This document shows positions 26,388 to 40,904 of a DNA stretch of 64,000 bases, piece by piece. Source of the DNA: Octopus sinensis (lineage: Eukaryota); contig NC_043003.1 of the NCBI RefSeq assembly GCF_006345805.1, forward strand, positions 108,996,001 through 109,060,000, given 5' to 3'. Both the position numbers and the translations under genes were made by a program. Every line of letters starts with the position of its first letter. Positions within the stretch are counted from its first letter, which is position 1. A model generated the notes under the pieces. That model worked only from the letters and a program-made list of their open reading frames with translations. It searched no databases and was not told the origin of the DNA.

Positions 26388-27543
26388 CAGACATGCAGGA
26401 AGTAAATAGACACCTTTAATTTTCCAAATTTCTGATCTAAGCGTCTTAATATGTTTTCAGCGGTGTAGAATTTACAATGCAATCATAATTTTTCTTTCCA
26501 GATGCCATTATATTAAACATTTGCGAAGAGTAACCATGCCACGCACAAAAAATTCAGCAGAACTATCAGATTTTCGTTTTTTGCTACTGTTAACAGAATT
26601 ATAGTGTCATTCGAAAGCCAAGGAAAAGAATCAACAGATTCTCGCCCGGCCGACTTGGGCCTTCGAAAAGGAAGCTTCGCTGTTTGAAGAGATTTGTGGA
26701 AAACGAACCCCGTTCGAAGGCTTCTGACATTGCAAAACAGCCAGAAGTTAATCCAAGAACGTGTGTTACATATCTGCATAAGCTTGGGTATTATGGACGA
26801 GCAACTATAAGAAAACCTCCTCTTCAACCAACTAATAACACGAAAAGAAAGAAATGGGTTAAGGAGATGTCAGAAAAATCCAATTCATTTTGGGATAGAG
26901 TAATTTTCGCAGATGAATCTAGATTTGCATTATTTTCTGACAGTGGACGTGTTTGGGTCTGGAGGCTTCCAAATCAAGAATTTGATTTGAAACGACTCCA
27001 ATCAACTGCGAAAATGGCGGTATCTCTGTAATGGTATGGGGAGCTGTTGGAACCATAAACTCTCAAAAATACATCGAAATAGGACTACTTCCGATATATT
27101 CACACGATAACATAACGAAAAATGAGTTTTTATTCATGGAAGATGGGGCTCCATGCCACATAGCCAAAAGGAATCAACAATGGCTGGTTGAAAATGAGAT
27201 CAAAAAGCTTCCTTGGCCGAGCTAATCTCCTGACATGAACCCAATTGAAAATATTTGGAGTATACTAGATAGAGCTATACGAAAAACTCGACAGAAACCT
27301 AAATCTAAAGATGAATTGTTTCGATTGTTGCATGAAAAGTGGGCAGAAATTCCACAAGAGACAATCACAAAGCTCATAAGTTCAATGCCAAAAAGAGTTT
27401 CTGAACTAAAAATTGCAAAGGGAATGTCACCTAAATACAAAAGTATGTAGTCCTACCTATCGATTACATTTCAAGTGTTCGCTTTGTGTATTAAATAAAA
27501 GATTTTGAAAATTAAAGGTGACTATTTACTCCCTGCATGTCTA
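26388..27543 (+). mobile_element. Tc1 (DD34E) element with both TIRs, pseudogenised
   Basis: TIRs GACATGCAGG(A/G)AGTAAATAG(A/T)CACCTTTAATTTTC; ATG at 26536; VIFADESRF, MVWGA, MEDGAPCH...SPDMNPIE with 34 spacing; internal stop and deletions. Confidence 0.92.
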
Positions 27544-27724
27544 TGTCTATGTATGTATTATTATTATAATATATTTTACAAAAGTGTTTTGGAAATATAC
27601 TTTTGCCGGCTCTTGTAGAAAATGATGAAACGAAAACTGATTATCAAAAGAAATATTTATCTCCATAAAATATAATTAAATAAAACAGAATTCTCATTTA
27701 TATTACTCTGTCATTTACTCTCAT

Positions 27725-27887
27725 ACGATGGGCTTTTTTCAGTTCCCGTCTACCAAATTCACTCTCAAGGCTTTGGTCATCCCGAGGCTACAGTAGAAGA
27801 CACCAGCCGAAGTTGCCACGGAGTGGTACTGAGGTCAGAACCATGTGGTTGAGAGCAAACTTCTGACCACAGATTCACGCCTGCGCC
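27725..27887 (-). mobile_element. SINE family 1, diverged 5' part
   Basis: Degenerate head and core. Confidence 0.65.
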
Positions 27888-28587
27888 GATTGACCATCAA
27901 AAATGATTAATTAACAATTGTAAGACTTTAATTCAGGAGAAGATAAATTCAGTTGATCGAACAACAAAATCTTCATCGTCGGATGACGGAGATCTACCAT
28001 CACCATCATCGCCACTACTATAATCTAATTTTATATACGTAAACCTATGATGCTGGAATTCTCATTCACTCAAATTCTTAACCTCAAACTTATTCTCCCC
28101 CATTTATCTCTTCCCCATCTCTCTTCCCCCTCTCACGTACAAACACAGACACAAACGCATACAGATATGTGTAAGGTCTTTGAAAAATGAGTCCAGGATT
28201 ACGACGTACCCGGACCTGGGAATATCTCCTGCTCTCCCTGATGAATGTTTTGTATATATTGAAGACTGCCATTCACAGAAGGGAAAGAAAAAGAACTGTA
28301 AGGGATTTTGTAACCCCAGATGAAATTCTTCTCCGAAGCCCTACAGCCCATTCACACACGTAAATACGTTTTAATTTTCCTAAAGAATTTAATGATTATA
28401 AAGAGATAATTGTAAAAAGAACATTTACAGTGAAGGAAGAGAAATAATTTACTTTAACGTAAATGACATAGTTAAGATGAGAGATGAGTGGAAGGCCTTT
28501 GTAAGCTTTTCTAATTAAGATGCGTCTATGTTTTCTACCGTAAGGGCGAACTGCACTCTGCAAGACTTTCTGACTGACACACCTAAC

Positions 28588-28832
28588 CAGTGGCGGCTTG
28601 TGTAGAAGCACTGCTGAACTGCAGCACCCCCTATTTCCACTCAATATTATCAATAACATTCAATATAATGAGTCCTTTTTTCTTTAATTCTTTCTTTATA
28701 CTTGTACATTATATAGTCCTTAAGTATAAATTCTCTTTTTATATATTTGTTTCCTTTTACACAATATTAAAACAACGGCTAAAAATTTTCTGAAGCAGCA
28801 CCCCAATTCCTTTTGTCTATGAGCCGCCACTG
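28588..28832. mobile_element. hAT-type MITE
   Basis: TIR CAGTGGCGGCT / AGCCGCCACTG; 8-bp TSD CACCTAAC / CACCAAAC (7/8). Confidence 0.8.
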
Positions 28833-29379
28833 CACCAAACGAAAAATCACCACGAATTTTTGTGTAGTTGGTCCAACTGATGATAAGCCATATCTCATAG
28901 GACCCGCTTCTTGCCTATGCATGGTCTATAACTTTTGTAGGAACCGCTCAGTTGGAGAAGAGAAGTGCTTATAGATTTTTCAGACCCTCTTAATTGAGGA
29001 AGGAAGTGGCTATGACTTTTGCAGGAACCTTCCACTTGAGGAGGCAAAATGTCTCTAATCTTGACAGGAACTTTCCTGTTGAAGTAGGAAATGTCTATAA
29101 CAATTGTAGTTTTTCCTAGTTGTGGGGATGAGTAGTTAGTTTCACAGTCTCAGGAAGAAAAGGCCGTATTGGATAATGTTGTTCCAGTCGTACCATAGTC
29201 TTGTATCAGAGATTTGTTTGATCCTTTCCAATGTAACAAGAATTCACAACTACGCCATGGAAGTCGCATAAGGAAATCCATCGAGTCACTCTACTGATGG
29301 CCAACCTGTCTTTATTATTGGACTTGACCTTTAGCTGTTCTCCATTTTAATGACACGCAAGAGTTTCTTACGGGTTGGG

Positions 29380-29844
29380 GATGGGGAAATCCATTATTAA
29401 ACAAAAACATTCGACCTACAAGCTTAAGCAGCTTGTCAGATTTGGATCGCATGAAGCCCTTTATAACTTTAGTATGGCATAACATAAGGTCATGATTATA
29501 TAAACGCAACAACGTTTTATAATAATGTGCAGTAACTTCTTGAAATGAAAATTATGTAATAAATTTTCATTAGAGACTCTTTTTCTGTTTTAAAACACTG
29601 GGCCTTGAATGGTTTATCCGAGGTGGCCGAAAACTTTTGCACGGTCATTTTTGGTAGTTGTCTCGCATCTTCCCCTCTCATTCAGAACCCCTACTACAAA
29701 GTATAAGGATTAGGTATGGAAATGACTCCAACAGGGCCAATATTTCATCTGTAAAAAATGCAATGCGAAACATCCACTTATAAGTTGGCAATTATTAGAA
29801 ATTTACAACAGTTTAAAGTGGCTGAAGGCTTTTGCACGGTACTG
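29380..29844 (+). mobile_element. Tc1-like 3' relic
   Basis: Terminal GGCTTTTGCACGGTACTG|TA motif, related repeat at ~29620, weak C-terminal similarity. Confidence 0.4.
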
Positions 29845-30467
29845 TATTCATGTTTGAAAAACCAGAAACATAAACAAAGGACTAGAAACACATCACTGAT
29901 ATTGTAAATTTTCTGTGAAAGAAAAAAGTATATTTTGTTTAACAGAATATAAAATTACTTTTGTTGAAGTGAATGAATGTGATGTAACGAAGAAAGTGTA
30001 ACCTTGTCAACGAACGGGTCGTAGTTTGACACCATATAACAAGTAATAAATGTTTAAGTGAAGTTAACAGTCTCTATGTGTTCGGAATAGCTAACATGTT
30101 GTCTTCAACGTTTTAGTCTTCAATACAAGGTCTCAGATGAAATCACTTGTCTGGCAATTACACCTCCAAAATGCAGAAAGTTATTTTGAATAAAATACAA
30201 CGAAGCGCTGGATGATAAAGTGCTGAAGTTGATTATAGCCTTGTCTCATCATTTATATCTTCATTAAGAAATAAATTAAGATAAATTAATGAATAAAATG
30301 TACAAGCACTCATCTACTGCATTTCTTGGTTGTATTCTCGTTGTCTCTTTTTATCAGTCGAAAAGTAGATAACTGAGTGGATAATATATTAAGATATCAA
30401 GTATCTAACCGACAGAGAGGTTTACGGCCCGTGGTCAAAACACTTATGTGTCAATTAGTTAAGACCA

Positions 30468-30521
<54 letters not shown>

Positions 30522-30611
30522 CAAATATGTGTTTTAGATACGTGTGTGTGTTTAGATATGTGTGTGTTTATATATATATATAATATATATATATATTATA
30601 TATATATATAT

Positions 30612-30920
30612 AGTGGTTAGGGGCATTCGGCTCATGATCGTAAGGTCGTGAGTTCGATTCCCGGCTGTGCGTTGTGTCCTTGAGCAAGACATTTTATTTC
30701 ACATTGCTCCAGTCCACTCAGCTGGCAAAAATGAGTTGTACCTGTAATTCAAAGGTGGCCAGCCTTGTCACACGCTGTGTCAAGCTGAATCTCTCCGAGA
30801 ACTATGTTAAGGCTACACGTGTTTGTGGATTGTTCAGCCACTTGCACATTAGTTTCACGAGCAAGCTGTTCCACTGATCGTATCAGCTGGGAACCCCGTC
30901 GTCGCAACCGACGGAGTGCT
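30612..30920 (+). mobile_element. SINE family 3, 5'-truncated
   Basis: GAGTTCGATTCCC B-box; TGTCCTTGAGCAAGACA...GCTCCAGTCCACTCAGCTG central domain shared with 47185-47533. Confidence 0.85.
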
Positions 30921-31154
30921 CCTCCTATATATATATATTTATATGAGAAAGGAAATCGGGACAAAATTCAAGATTAGCGATGAACTGTGTTGGCAAACTC
31001 ATATTTAACGATGCGAAAACTAAATTACTTGTTGTGTGCGGGAAATCCCAGCATTTCGGACAGTATATTTTAAAAAAAGAAGTCCTTTCTGAGAAGTTGA
31101 CCTGATAAAGTGAAACTAGAAACTTGTAATCCGCCAAACTGATTTACTTTAGAT

Positions 31155-31310
31155 CAGTCATGGACAAACTGTGGCCCTTTCTAAATGGCAGGCCTAACGA
31201 AAAATTACCCGGAATAATTTAGCAGTGTGGTCTGCCTGATGTAGTGTGGTCTGCCTGATGATGGGTCATGCCTGATGCGGTCCGCTTCCCGACAAAGTTG
31301 CCCATGCCTG
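31155..31310. mobile_element. hAT-Charlie-type MITE
   Basis: Termini CAGTCATGGACAAAC / GTTGCCCATGCCTG; 8-bp TSD CTTTAGAT / CCTTAGAT; shorter relative at 62139-62220. Confidence 0.8.
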
Positions 31311-31865
31311 CCTTAGATGCAGTATATGAAGGCAAATTTTCCAATGGTGCGACTACGGCGCCACCTAGCAATAAGCAGTATACCTAATATTTAAGATTGC
31401 AAAATAGAAACGAATAATAACTAATAAAAATGAAATTTCCAATATTTACTAACATCATTTCAACAACTGTATATTCTTTAAACTCTGAAAATTGTTTTTC
31501 TTTTTTTTATTAGTGTTCCAGATCTGGTATTTGTCTGAAGTTTAGAGTGAGTTAATTTTCACTGTGTTTTATTTTTTCCGTTGCGCTTTGATGTCCGCAG
31601 TTTGATGCACTGTAAGTTAGGCTAACGATTGCTAAATTCATCTTCGTTATTCAAAATTATTCAGTTTTATCTCTGATTCGAGTTAAAGCTGAAAAGAATT
31701 TCCAGTAACGAAGTCGTTAGCGTCTCATTAGTGACGTCTAGTAGAAACGAAACATTTTATGGAACCTGAAATAGATGCTTCGCTGTATTTGGTTCAATAT
31801 ATTTAAATATATAATATGTACAAATCGTATTAAAATGACGAGCGTCGAATCATCTCACTATTTCA

Positions 31866-32265
31866 GGTGTGGCTGTGTGGTAAGAAGCTTGCTTACCAAC
31901 CACATGGTTCCGGGTTCAGTCCCACTGCGTGACATCTTGGACAAGTGTCTTCTACTATAGCCTCGAGCCGACCAAAGCATTGTGAGTGGTTTTGGTAGAC
32001 GGAAACTGAAAGAAGCCCGTCGTATATATATACAAATATATATATATATATGTGTGTCTGTGTGTGTTTGTCCCCTCTCCACTGCTTGACAACCGGTGGT
32101 GGTGCGTTTATGTTCTCTTAACTTAGCGATTCGGCAAAATATATCGATAAAATACGAGGCTTAAAAAATGTACTGAGGTCGATACATTCGACTATACATT
32201 CTTCAAGGCGGTGCTCCAGCATGGCCCCATTCTAATGACTGAAATAAGTAAAAGATAAGATAAAA
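31866..32265 (+). mobile_element. SINE family 1, full length
   Basis: Head, core and tail present. Confidence 0.9.
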
Positions 32266-32322
32266 GGGAGTTGAATAATAAAGTATGTGTGAAGAACTGG
32301 ATCGACACACACACACACACAC

Positions 32323-33070
32323 ACTAGCAATGCATCCCGGCGTTGCCCGGGTGTTATGACCTAGAGCCACATTGTATTATTTGCTCCTTATAGACAGAAT
32401 CGGCGCAGCTGATATATTGTCAATGGCATAATGGAAGTTATTGTTTGTTTAAAAGTGAAGGGTGGGGAGGGTACAATTTTCGTGGGTTTGCATGAAAGTG
32501 CTTTCTTTTCTTAATAAGGATGAGAAACTATTGTTTCATCGTATGAAAGGGATTTAATACGATTTTGTCCAGATATCACCACCAGGAAACCCGACATGCT
32601 AGAAACGACATTATTTCTGAAGAAATTTTCCTGCTTCCCAAAAAGCTAAACATTGAGAGTGTGTAGCTTTTTGAAAGTGGTGAGATGATGGGTAAAATTC
32701 TTAAAGATTCGTACACTCCGTTTTTTTCTCCATGAATTACTAAGAAAAAAAATTTGAAAAGAGTAAAAAATGAATTTGGTGTGGATAGGTAGAAAAATAA
32801 AATATTGAGAACGCGTTTTTGTGGGTGAAATCCTAATCTCCTCTATTGCAAACTTAGGGATCGGAAGAAATTTAGGAAAAAATAAGGGTGGGGGAGCGGA
32901 AATATTACCTCGAGCATGCTAGAAAGAAGAGGTAAATGATAGGATTTTGGGGAAAACTTCCTTTGAAGTTTATATCGAAGATCAGGTTTTTAAATATGCT
33001 CATCACAAACGAATTATACAATAGAAAAAGGTCGTCTCAATTGGATTTGAGCAGTAAATTTGCGCATACA
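32323..33070 (+). mobile_element. Non-autonomous Helitron-like repeat (end uncertain)
   Basis: Starts ACTAGC..CCCGGCGTTGCCCGGG (5' hairpin typical of HINE/Lep1-like elements). Confidence 0.4.
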
Positions 33071-33543
33071 CACAGCAAGAAATAATATAATTCGTACATA
33101 AGTTTTACCCAGAGTGTGTGTATGTGTGAGTGTGCGTGTGTGCGAGTGAGTCAAAGGAATTTATTTTTTGGCATTCTTTCGTTTGAAGTAGCAAAGTTGT
33201 TAATTCGAGCATATGGGATCATATGTTTGTTCGTTAATTTCTGTAAAAATGTTTCAATTTTTTAATGCTTTGAAGAGAACAGAAATTGAAAGAGAGGAGG
33301 AAGTCAAAAGGTGACATTTGATTTGAAGTGAGAGTAGAAAGTTAAAGAGAGGAGGAAGTGAAAGATGTATGTACGTGTGTATGAAATGGACATGTGTGAG
33401 GGAGAGAGAGAAACAAAGAGAGAAAAATAGAGACTGAAGGTGTGTATTGTGATGTATAAATTTTTTTGCATGTATGTGTAAGTGGCACTCTCTCTCTCTC
33501 TCTCAAACACACACATTATTTTCATATACACGTACATAAATGG

Positions 33544-33639
33544 GCGGAGGTAAAGAATACGCACACCATCCGTTTTCGGCGTAACCCTAAACCTAAACCC
33601 TAACCCTAAACACCGGGTGTGCGAATTCTTTACCTTCGC
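33544..33639. mobile_element. Telomere-repeat-cored MITE, same family as 3359-3471
   Basis: GCGGAGGTAAAGAATACGCACACC...GGTGTGCGAATTCTTTACCTTCGC around a CCCTAA core. Confidence 0.75.
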
Positions 33640-36079
33640 TGTATATAATTGCTTCTAACTTATGCACAAGGCAATAATTTTTGAAGTGAGGGGTTTTTCG
33701 ATGCCATATATCCCAGTAAAGGAAGGACGAAAGTCAAAGTTGACCTCTTCAGGATTTGAACACAGACCGTAAAAAGCCCACCACCCACAAAAGGCATTTC
33801 ATAAAATGCTCTAACAATTCTGGAAAATCATTACCCTTTCTCGAGAAACTGATAAAAACAAATTACGAAACATTTAATGAGAGAAAATCAAATAAAATAA
33901 ATTAATGCTTGCAATGAGACCCTAACCTGTAAACCAACCCTAACCCTAACTGCAAGAAGGGTTTTTATCGGTTACTATGGGAAGATAAGTAAACACCGTC
34001 TGCTGAATGGGATGTTGAGATTTGATAAATCTGATTAGCTAAAATTTAAAAAGTTCCAAACTCTAAAAGCTCGTAATATTTTTTTATTATTTTTTCCAAG
34101 AATGGATGTGATTTTTGTACTTTGCATGAAAATCTACATCTTTGTAAAAAAAAGAAAATCTATAAAATCGGAACCAGCGCGTCAAACTGAGAAGATCTGA
34201 CCTGTGGAGAACTATGATTCGTTGAGTAGATATAATAACATCGAAACACCCGCTGTTGTCACCGTAAATACTGAAGACCAGATTATATTCATTCACTGCA
34301 TTATATTGTTTCGTTTCTAATTAATTGACATTTTGTTGCGTCACTTTATTTCAAAATGAAAAAAAAAAAATGAATTGTTAGCCTTGCTTTATTTATAGTT
34401 AAGTTAATCATTGTTCAACAATGTTATTTCTCACTGATATGTCTATTTTGATTAACGAAAGTTATCGCGCTTTGCCACATTAAGTTCGCTAGCGTTCCCT
34501 TCATGATAATTACATATAATTAGTTATTGGTGATTCCAGAAGACAAAATCGTGCTACCGTCTAGAATAGATTCAAAGAACAGTTTCTTAAATGACACTAG
34601 TTCGATATAATTGCTTATAATATAGGCACAAGGTCTGAGATTTATGAGGCGGGAGTTACTATGTATTCTCAGTCGATAAAGAGATAAGATTACCGAACAA
34701 AATTTTTCACTGTTGAGAATTTAGAAGGTACCTACGATTCGACGTTTCAACTGGGAATGGTATTTGCACCCGTTCACTAAACGTTTTTAGAAATTTGAGT
34801 GAAACACTGTGTCTGTGATCCCTTGGTGTTTGCGAAACGATAAACTTTTGATCGTACTCGGTATGGTAGGGCTTCCAACGCATCGAATTTACACCCCACT
34901 TGTAATAACAGTTAAGTTTACGTAGCTAACGAATGGCATACACTTCTATTTGTAGGTTCTTTATAAGAATCAATAATGTTGTTTGAGTGTTTCCAATTTC
35001 ATATTCAGCTCCTCGAGAAGATTTCGTTGTTCTATTTTTTGATAGAATGAATATGTGGCTGACATTCGGTGTCATTTATCTAAGAAATGTCGCCGAACAG
35101 AACCCGTCCATCTCCAAGTAATACTCATAAAGACATCCCAAGTCAGGTGTAACAATTTAGAAAATACTCAAATTGCTGGGGGTCAGTTACAGTAATTGAT
35201 TGGCAACATATTCTATTGACTACGGAAGGATGGAAACAAAGCTGGATCTGGCAGGATGTGAACTCAGAACATAAGGAGCCGGAAGAAATAGCGCAAGATA
35301 ATTTTGCGACTCGCTAACGATTCTGCCATTTCAGAATAAATGAGTATTTCTTTAGTTACTATTCCTCACTTGAGGAATGTCCTTTATAAGCATTACTTGG
35401 AGAGGGACAGGTTCTGTTAGGTTGACGTTTCTCAGATTTCCGATGTCATTAGCATGTTTACTTTGTCAAATATAGAACAATACCACCTCCATGAGGAGCC
35501 GAATTTGAAACTATATCAGACAACATTATCAATTTGTGCAGAAGATCTCTTATTTATAGAAAAAATGTAGAAATAAAACTGTATGTCGTTCATTAGCTAT
35601 TTAAACATAACGTTGTTATTACAAATGGGCTGTGGGCTGTAAATTCGATAAGTTGGGAACCATACTGTACCATGCACGATCAAAAGTCAATCGTTTCATG
35701 AAGATCAAGAGATGATCATAGACGTAATGTTTCATCCCAATTTCTGTAACGTTTGGTGAATGCGTGTAAAATCATTCCTTGTTAGAACGTTGAATTGCAG
35801 TCACTTTCTAAATGCTAGATAGTGAGAAAATGCGATGCTCTATATTTCTGACATTTGTATTTCTGACAAATTCATGGTTCACGACTAACATGCTAAATAG
35901 CTCAAACTTATTCGGCTATATGATCTCTTACAAAGTGGGGGGTTAAACCGTTCATTAATTATTAATATAGATTCCTCAGTTCATTCTCACCACGCCTCCA
36001 TTTCAAGACTTGTTCTTCAAATCTATCTCGAAAGTAACGCAAGTTTACCCTTATGGCATCGTGATTAACTTACTTATTC

Positions 36080-36520
36080 TCATTGTTTTAGTATCTTGGG
36101 ACAATTTAAAAGTTCCAGTCTGTCTGTCTCCCTTCAGAAATCTGTTTCATGCTGCTTGGAGCTAATTCTGCTTAATTATTTTCTAATTTCTGCTTCAGAC
36201 ACACGGTAAATATTTCACTTTTCATTTATAACATTGCAGAGAAGTTTCGTTCGGCAAAGTTTATCTCCTTCCTTTATGTTTGCTTTCTTCTCTTTCACTG
36301 TTGCCATATTGCTGCTGCGGTGTCTCGAAGTTTTATATTATTGGAATCTTGTTGTCACTTGCGTCATCAATCTCCTGGTGACACCTATACAAACGAAACA
36401 GTTTGAAATTCATTCTTCTTTTCTCATGCATAAAGCCACTGTCCTCCATGCTGTATTTAACGAAATATTTACATGAACTTTAATATCATCTACAGTTATG
36501 GTGAAGTGCCTATTTGCTGC
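36080..36520 (-). mobile_element. Probable PLE GIY-YIG endonuclease relic
   Basis: CFVCIGVTRRLMTQVTTRFQ...IYRVSEAEIRK...RETDRLEL, with stops. Confidence 0.45.
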
Positions 36521-37961
36521 AATCATATCTTCAACTTCACACGCGTGGAAAAGATCCGCTGTAAGCTACCTCTGCATAGCTGAATATGGTTAAATGTCTG
36601 CATATCTAATGTATATATATATGCATGGATTTCAGGACCAACAGAGAGAGAGAGAGAGAGGGAGAGAGAGAGAGTATGTGTGTGTGCGTACGTCTATGTA
36701 AACAGAATCGCTATAAACATCATCGTTTCTGTCAAGATCATCACAGGTATGAACATTATTATTATTGTCGTTACCCCAACAAACTTTCGTAAGACTACGC
36801 CCACTGCTACACTTTCCAGCCAATCAATAAAAGTCATGTGACACGCCTACATTAAAAGTTGTCACCTGCTTTTAGATTTTTGCTGCAGAACGATGGATCT
36901 TTTTTTTTCTTGGAAAATGAGAAAGAATTCAAATGATATCAATCACTGTGTTATCATTATCTCGCAACTTTTGTAGGGTTAAGATGAGGTGACTTACCTC
37001 TTTTAAGAACTAGAACACTAGGAATTCCTAGGTTCGTTCCTTGGTTTTTGATATTTGATCTCCCACACCAATAACCAGCTCATCTCGGCTCGTCTCTGAC
37101 AAGTTGACGAACTTTGCCAGAAAAACTTCTCGTCGGTGAGACTTCTGTTCCTTTTAGAGATCTGAGTTTTCAAAATTCTCTTTGTGCAGAATGGCGATTT
37201 GTACAAAGACTATTTTCATCGATGATCTATCGATAGCGCGCTCTCTCTTTCTCCCTCCCTCCCTCCCTCCCTCTCCCCTCCCCTCTCCTCTCTCTCTCCC
37301 TCCATCTCTCTCCTTCTGTTCTCTCACTTTTCTTTCCTTTTTCTCTCTCCTTATGTTCTCTAACCCTTTTCTCTCTCTCCTTTCTTTCTTTCCTTTCCTT
37401 TCACTCTCTCATTCCCCCCTCTCTCTCTCTTTCCTTCCCTTTCTCTCTTTTTATCTCTCCTTCACATGCATGTATAAACTATACTCGATATGCTAAAAAT
37501 AACTCCAAGACAGATTTCTGCTGTTATTTTTGCTATTCGCATATCTTTTCATATCATCAAACCACGCACGTCTCTGCTAAATCGCGGAACTTCACGATGA
37601 ACAGAAATGCTGGACACCAAGCGGTGGTTAATAGAGTAGCCAAATGTACTAAAGTGGGGTTCTAAAACAAAACCAAGAACGCCTTGAAGGACACAACAGA
37701 GTTTATGTTAGGAACGATTGTCCAGGCGATGCCTTGTGTCACCAACGCAGTCTTATACTGCGATACAGTATATGATAGAGACGAACAAACATTTGAAATT
37801 CTGGACCAATGATGATAGTGGTGTTATTAATGTAGGAACAGGTATTGCGTCTACTGCAATACCTGTACCAGGTTGGGTATGGCTTGGAGCTAAAGACTAT
37901 CTAACTAGAAGGTTGAGAGATTCTTATCTCTTCTTGAAGCTAATTGATGATTAAGGAATGA

Positions 37962-38415
37962 GGATCTTTTCGGTTTGAACGGCAGTTTTTCTAGCGGTGT
38001 CATATGAAATTGTCACACATAATTATGACCCTAGTATCGATCTATTGCATTTCAATCTGTTTTAGGGTTAGGGTTAGTTAGAGTTAGTGTGGATTAGTTA
38101 GGGTTAGTTAGGGTTAGGGGTGGTGGGAAGGGTATATTTTTTTCTTCACAAATGTAATTAAACCCAATCTGTTTCTTAAACGAGGGACATATTCATACAG
38201 CACAGAATGTTTTTTTACCTCAATAGACATCATTGATTGATTGAAATTGCAGAAATTGAAGAAAAACAACAAATATCTTATAAACTATAGAATTTTCTCA
38301 GTAAAGCCAAGAGAAAAAGATGTTTTATAAACACATTCTACCAGTATACGAAGTTTAAAAGTGTTTAGTTACGTAGAAATTATTAAAAAAACTGCAGTTC
38401 AAACCGAAAAGATCC
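37962..38415. mobile_element. GGATC MITE family A
   Basis: Both TIRs; perfect 8-bp TSD AGGAATGA; expanded TTAGGG-like core. Confidence 0.92.
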
Positions 38416-38429
38416 AGGAATGATTAGAA

Positions 38430-38820
38430 AGATAGTGGGGTAGGAGAATAGAAATTGATAGATACATAGAAGGGTATATTTTAATGAGTGGGTTACTAGT
38501 TTGAAGGTGAAAAAAAGTAGCATCTGGCTAATAAATGTGATGGAAATTGTAGGAAAACGTCGGTGTGGTCGATGGAGGAATGCAGGTCCACGACCGATCG
38601 AGTGCATTCTTCATTGAAGAAGTACCGCATTTTTTCATGTTTAGATTTGCCGACTCAGTGATGTCGTCAGCAAAGTGGGCGGAATTGAGGGAATGGGGTT
38701 GGGGATTTGGTGTGTCTAGGATGAGAGGAGGAATAATAGAGATAAGCGATGATGTCAGTGGTCTGATGATGGACGGAGGTAGAGAGGTAGTTATTGATAA
38801 TGGTAGAGATATCTAGAAAG
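38430..38820 (-). mobile_element. PLE reverse transcriptase C-terminal relic
   Basis: FLDISTIINNYLSTSVHHQTTDIIAYLYYSSSHPRHTKSPTPFPQFRPLC...KMRYFF in one frame with stops. Confidence 0.8.
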
Positions 38821-39028
38821 CTAACTGTGGCATCAGATACGGTATGATGGAATTTTAATGCACGGTGGAAAGAGATAGCAAAAACAAATTGAAGGAATTG
38901 AGTTGCAGTCTAGTGAGTGTGATAACGATGATACAATCATCGCTATGGCAACCATACAAATCGTATGGATACAGTAATCTGGACACACACACGCACACAC
39001 ACACACACCACACACACACATATATATA

Positions 39029-39068
<40 letters not shown>

Positions 39069-39932
39069 GTACATACATACATACATACATACATACATAC
39101 ATACATAAACACACACACACACACATATATATGTGTAAATATATACATACATATATTTGTATGTATGTATGTATGTATGTATGTATGTATGTATGTATGT
39201 ATGTATGTACGTATGTATGTATGTATGTATGTATTATGTATGTATGTATGTACGTATGTATGTATGTATGTATGTATGTATGTATGTGTGTATGTTTATC
39301 TATCTATCTATCTATTTTTCTATCTATCTATCTATCTATCGATATATTTACACACACAAACTTGTGTTAAAGATCCTGGGTGACCTCCGCAGGTGGCTGT
39401 GGAGGTCATCTCAGACACGGATCTTTTCGAGGTAACAAACTCCTTCCAAGAAGATGTATTTCGCTTCCGATCAAGGCGCCCTGTTCTGGCACAATCGGAG
39501 TGCTTAAGTGACACTTTAGGCCTGGTCGGGTGCCGACGGGGCGGAACATAGTAAAAAATTAAGAGGCTGAGTGGCTCATAGTGAAAGGATATATGGCCCA
39601 TAAGAGAAAACTTAAGAGGCCTCATTTGTAAGGACATTTTTTGGTAAGAGGCTTAGTTGTCTCAATGTAAGGACCTTGTGTCCAATGGAATATTAGTAAG
39701 AGGTTTATTACCTCAAATTGTATGTTTTGTAAAAGAGAAGCAGAGATCGGCGGGCGTCTTCTGCCTTCCTTCATTAATAACATTTTAAAAAATCATTCAT
39801 CTCATTAATGTTATTGTCCAGCCGGCAGTTATTACTTCTATGTAATGCCTTGATGGCAAATTGAATGAAATAAAATTGCTACTTGATGTTTTATATATAT
39901 ATGGTTGCAGAGCTTGACCTCTTCTCGTACCT

Positions 39933-40130
39933 CTAACTACTCTTTCTAGCGTGAGACCTTAAATGACTTTTGAGCCCCGAAAGGCTTTCGAAGAGCTGAT
40001 CGCATATACTGCGACAATGTCTCATTTCAGTACTGACTCCATTTTCCGATTGTTTATTATGAATGTTCAAGTGCCACTTCGATCTTCCATGTGACTTGCA
40101 GATTCTTTTGACAAATATGTCATAGAAACT
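39933..40130 (-). mobile_element. C2H2-like zinc-knuckle relic, probably an RTE-type LINE C-terminus
   Basis: CRSICDQLFESLSGLKSHLRSH; no TGEKP linker, so not a host C2H2 array. Confidence 0.45.
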
Positions 40131-40396
40131 GGTCATTCGTAATGAAATTCCAATAGTTCCTGCGTATATCTTACCTGCATTGGCCTGCTGGTGTGATCTC
40201 ATACCAGCATAAGAAATGCATACTTTTGTGCATAAAGAATATCAAAGGAAAGAATGAGAAATACTCACAACGCAATTGATATTAATCGGATTTTTACGAA
40301 CTTTTCAGTGTGGATTCTCGTGACAGAGAATACTTGACAGCATTCTCAATCAAGCTCAAATCTTTAACACCGCTCCAAATCATAGCTCTCCACGCT

Positions 40397-40452
<56 letters not shown>

Positions 40453-40454
40453 TA

Positions 40455-40711
40455 GGGTGTCTACGAGATACCACCATGATAAAAATAGCAGCCATGATCT
40501 GACTCTAAAACCACCTTAATTGTCCATATCGCAAACACGGCAAAGCATTCCTAAACGCAAAGTCAGAAATCCGGGATCTAGAATTATCCAGTAATTTAGC
40601 TTCATCTTGTCTCTCTGTTTTCTCACCGTGTTTGCGATATGGACAATTAAGGCGGTTTTAGAGTCAGATCATGGCTGCTATTTTCAGCATGGTGGTATCT
40701 CGTAGATACCC
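40455..40711. mobile_element. MITE with 86-bp TIRs, TA-flanked
   Basis: Arms 40455-40540 and 40626-40711 differ at about 4 positions. Confidence 0.85.
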
Positions 40712-40839
40712 TAATTTATAATTTTAATAATTATTACCTTTGAAGGTTATTTTTTCCTTGCTGGTCACTTGATAAAATCGTTATTTTATTTTAAATTAAC
40801 GATCTTATACTTATTTATATAAATTTATACATACATACA

Positions 40840-40904
<65 letters not shown>

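Noticed and set aside
28920-29100. Degenerate ~45-bp repeats and the 14-bp repeat at 55638 as CRISPR-like arrays
   Set aside because: No unique spacers, no cas genes, eukaryotic context; ordinary minisatellites.
31358-31368. GCGCCACCTAG, CTCF-like motif
   Set aside because: Only a partial match, and such strings are common in transposon ends; no support without ChIP data.
37838-37866. Perfect 11-bp hairpin (ACAGGTATTGC / GCAATACCTGT)
   Set aside because: Too short for a pre-miRNA and not followed by the CTRR end expected of a Helitron terminus.
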